A stretch of 50,727 nt of DNA from assembly GCA_027923505.1 (NCBI GenBank), contig BROI01000011.1, positions 992,001-1,042,727 of the forward strand, written 5' to 3'. Under the pieces are notes generated by a model. The model saw nothing but the letters and a program-made list of their open reading frames with translations. It was not told the DNA's origin and ran no database searches. Source of the DNA: Mayamaea pseudoterrestris (lineage: Eukaryota). The translations under genes and the position numbers were made by a program. Positions within the stretch are counted from its first letter, which is position 1. Each line of letters opens with the position of its first letter. Below are positions 48,313 to 50,727 of this stretch, in pieces.

Positions 48313-50727
48313 GCACCTCATGTATACCCTGTTCAAAGGCGGCAATGGCTAAAAAAACAATCACAGCCATAGTTTGATTGGTTAGGATTCATAGACTGCA
48401 CTGTTGTTCTATTTGGCCCATCTACTCCCACAATTTACCTAACACTTGAGCGTGCCAGGTTTGTTTGTCTTTGTAGGCCTCATGGATAGCTTGGCCGATG
48501 GTGTCAATGTTGGTAATTGATGGGGATGCCTAGCGGACCTGGTGGTGTAGTGTGGTGACGTACGGGATACTTAGCTATGTGGAAGCAAGCATGTCTACTC
48601 CCAAATCTTGAAGGATTTGCATGACCGTCAAGGTTGTAGTGGATGTTTGACTTTATAAAAAGCTTTTTGAAAAGTGGGAATGCTTCACATGATGGGGATG
48701 GCCAACGTTTTGCGGGTGCTGCCGCTGCTGCCGCTGCTGCTGTGTGACATACAGTCGCACAAAAGACAGCGTATCTACTCCTGTTTTGCCAGGAACACAT
48801 AAGTTGTCCATCATTGAATGTGTCATAGAAGCTCAAACATACCTTGTTGAAAGGTGGCATTGGCTAAAATGACAATCAGAGCCATAGTTTGATTGGTTTG
48901 GATTCATAGACTGCGCTGTTGTTCTATTTGGCCCATCTACTCCCTCAGCTTTCCCAAAACTTGAGCTTGCCAGGTTTGTTTGTCTTTGTAGGCCTCATGG
49001 ATAGCTTGGCCGATGGTGGCAATGTTGGTAATTGATGGGGATGCCCAGCGGACCTGGTGGTGTAGTGTGGTGACGTATGGGATACTTAGCTATGTGGAAG
49101 CTAGCATGTCTACTCACAAATCTTGAAGGATTTGCATGACCGCCAAGGTTGTAGTGGATGATTGACTTTATAAAAAGCTTTTTGAAAGATGGGAATGCTT
49201 CACATGATGGGGATGGCCAAAGTTTTGCGGGTGCTGCCGCTGCTGCTGTGTGACATACGGTCGCACAAAATACAGCGTATCTACTCCTGTTTTGCCAGGA
49301 ACACATAAGTTGTCCAACATTGTATGTGTCATAGTACCTCATGTTTACCCTGTTGAAAGGTGGCAATGGCTAAAAAGACAATCACAGCCATAGTTTGATT
49401 GGTTAGGATTCATAGACTGCGCTGTTGTTCTATTTGGCCAATCTACTCCCACAGCTTTCCCAAAACTTGAGCTTGCCAGGTTTGTTTGTCTTTGTAGGCC
49501 TCATGGACAGCTTGGCCGATGGTGGCAATGTTGGTAATTGATGGGGATGCCCAGCGGACCTGGTGGTGTGATGTGGCGACATACGGGATACTTAGCTATG
49601 TGGAAGCTAGCATGTCTACTCACAAAACTTGAAGGATTTGCATGACCGCCAAGGTTGCAGTGGATAATTGACTTTACAAAAGGCTTTTTGAAAGGTGGGA
49701 ATGCTTCAAATGATGGGGACGACCTAAGTTCTGTGGGTGCTGCCGCTGCTGCTGCGGGGCATACAGTTGCACAAAATACAGCGTATCTACTCCTGTTTTG
49801 CCAGGAACACATAAGTTGTCCAACATTGTATGTGTCATAGTACCTCATGTATACCCTGTTGAAAGGTGGCAATGGCTAAAAAGACAATCACAGCCATAGT
49901 TTGATTGGTTCGGATTCATAGACTGCGCTGTTGTTCTATTTGGCCCATCTACTCCCACAGCTTTCCCAAAACTTGAGCTTGCCAGGTTTGTTTGTCTTTG
50001 TAGGCCTCATGGATAGCTTGGCCGATGGTGGCAATGTTGGTAATTGATGGGGATGCCCAGCGGACCTGGTGGTGTAGTGTGGTGACGTATGGGATACTTA
50101 GCTATGTGGAAGCAAGCATTTCTACTCCCAAATCTTGAAGCATTTGCATGACCGCCAAGGTTGTAGTGGATGAATGACTATATTAAAAGCTTTTTGAAAG
50201 GTGGGAATGCTTCACATGATGGGGATGGCCAAAGTTTTGCAGGTGCTGCCGCTGCTGCTGTGTGACATACAGTCGCACAAAATACAGTATATCTACTCCT
50301 GTTTTGCCAGGAACACATGAGTTGTCCAACATTGAATGAGTCATAGTTGCTCACGTATATCTTGTTGAAAGGTGGCATTTGCTAAAATGACAGTCAGAGC
50401 CATAGTTTGATTGGTTTGGATTCATAGACTGCGCTGTTGTTCTATTTGGCCCATCTACTCCCACAGCTTTCCCAAAACTTGAGCTTGCCAGGTTTGTTTG
50501 GTTTTGTTGGCCTCATTGATAGCTTGGCCAATGGTGGCAATGTTGGTAATTGATGGGGATGCCCAGCGGACCTGGTGGTGTGATGTGGCGACATACGGGA
50601 TACTTAGCTATGTGGAAGCTAGCATGTCTACTCACAAAACTTAAAGGATTTGCATAACCGCCAAGGTTGTAGAGGTTGATTGACCTTACCAAAAGCTTTT
50701 TGAAAGGTGGGAATGCTTCAAATGATG
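48313..50727. repeat. Satellite F: 506-bp unit (highly diverged trimer of about 173+171+162 bp), at least 4.7 copies, running off the window end
   Basis: Period of 506 (ORF starts 48860, 49366, 49872, 50378). Internal motifs recur three times per unit: G(G/A)TGG(C/G)AATG at 49015, 49188, 49359 (next 49521) and TCTACTC at 49109, 49280, 49442. Confidence 0.93.

Noticed and set aside
48504..50378. About 120-aa minus-strand ORF in each satellite F unit (MPPFN...AAAAA...)
   Set aside because: Only two of four copies start with ATG, one is truncated at 66 aa, and differences between copies are largely non-synonymous. The unit is better explained as a diverged DNA trimer.
8355..50727. Tandem RNA-gene arrays (5S rRNA, tRNA, snRNA, spliced leader) or telomeric repeats
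   Set aside because: I recognised no 5S, tRNA (T-loop GTTCRA) or snRNA signature and no TTAGGG-type tract. An Infernal/Rfam scan of each consensus would be the decisive test.

Overview
This is eukaryotic DNA, most likely from a diatom or other stramenopile (inferred from the compact, intron-poor genes and apparent signal-peptide-bearing proteins; the taxon is not provable from the window). Bases 1-8050 hold six tightly packed, CpG-rich genes: a hypothetical helical protein, a HAD-family phosphatase-like protein, a Serinc membrane protein with a 3-nt ATG micro-exon, an M14 Nna1/CCP-type zinc carboxypeptidase, a TraB-domain protein interrupted by one in-frame TGA, and a Ser-rich hypothetical protein. 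At about 8055 the sequence becomes CpG-depleted, and the remaining 42 kb is a mosaic of six different tandem-repeat families. Their units are about 176, 347, 352, 181, 169 and 506 bp. The 347, 352 and 506 bp units resolve into diverged dimers or trimers, so all six families rest on a 162-181 bp, nucleosome-sized monomer. Several families carry strong dyad symmetries, one with compensatory changes, and a shared AAGTTGT/ACAACTT core. The central 352-bp array (about 72 copies) has a near-identical core and a divergent flank with higher-order repeats. This layout resembles a satellite-based centromere or other heterochromatic domain; that is an inference needing CENH3 data. The hundreds of short ORFs within the arrays are treated as non-coding by-products, and some local irregularities look like assembly or consensus errors.
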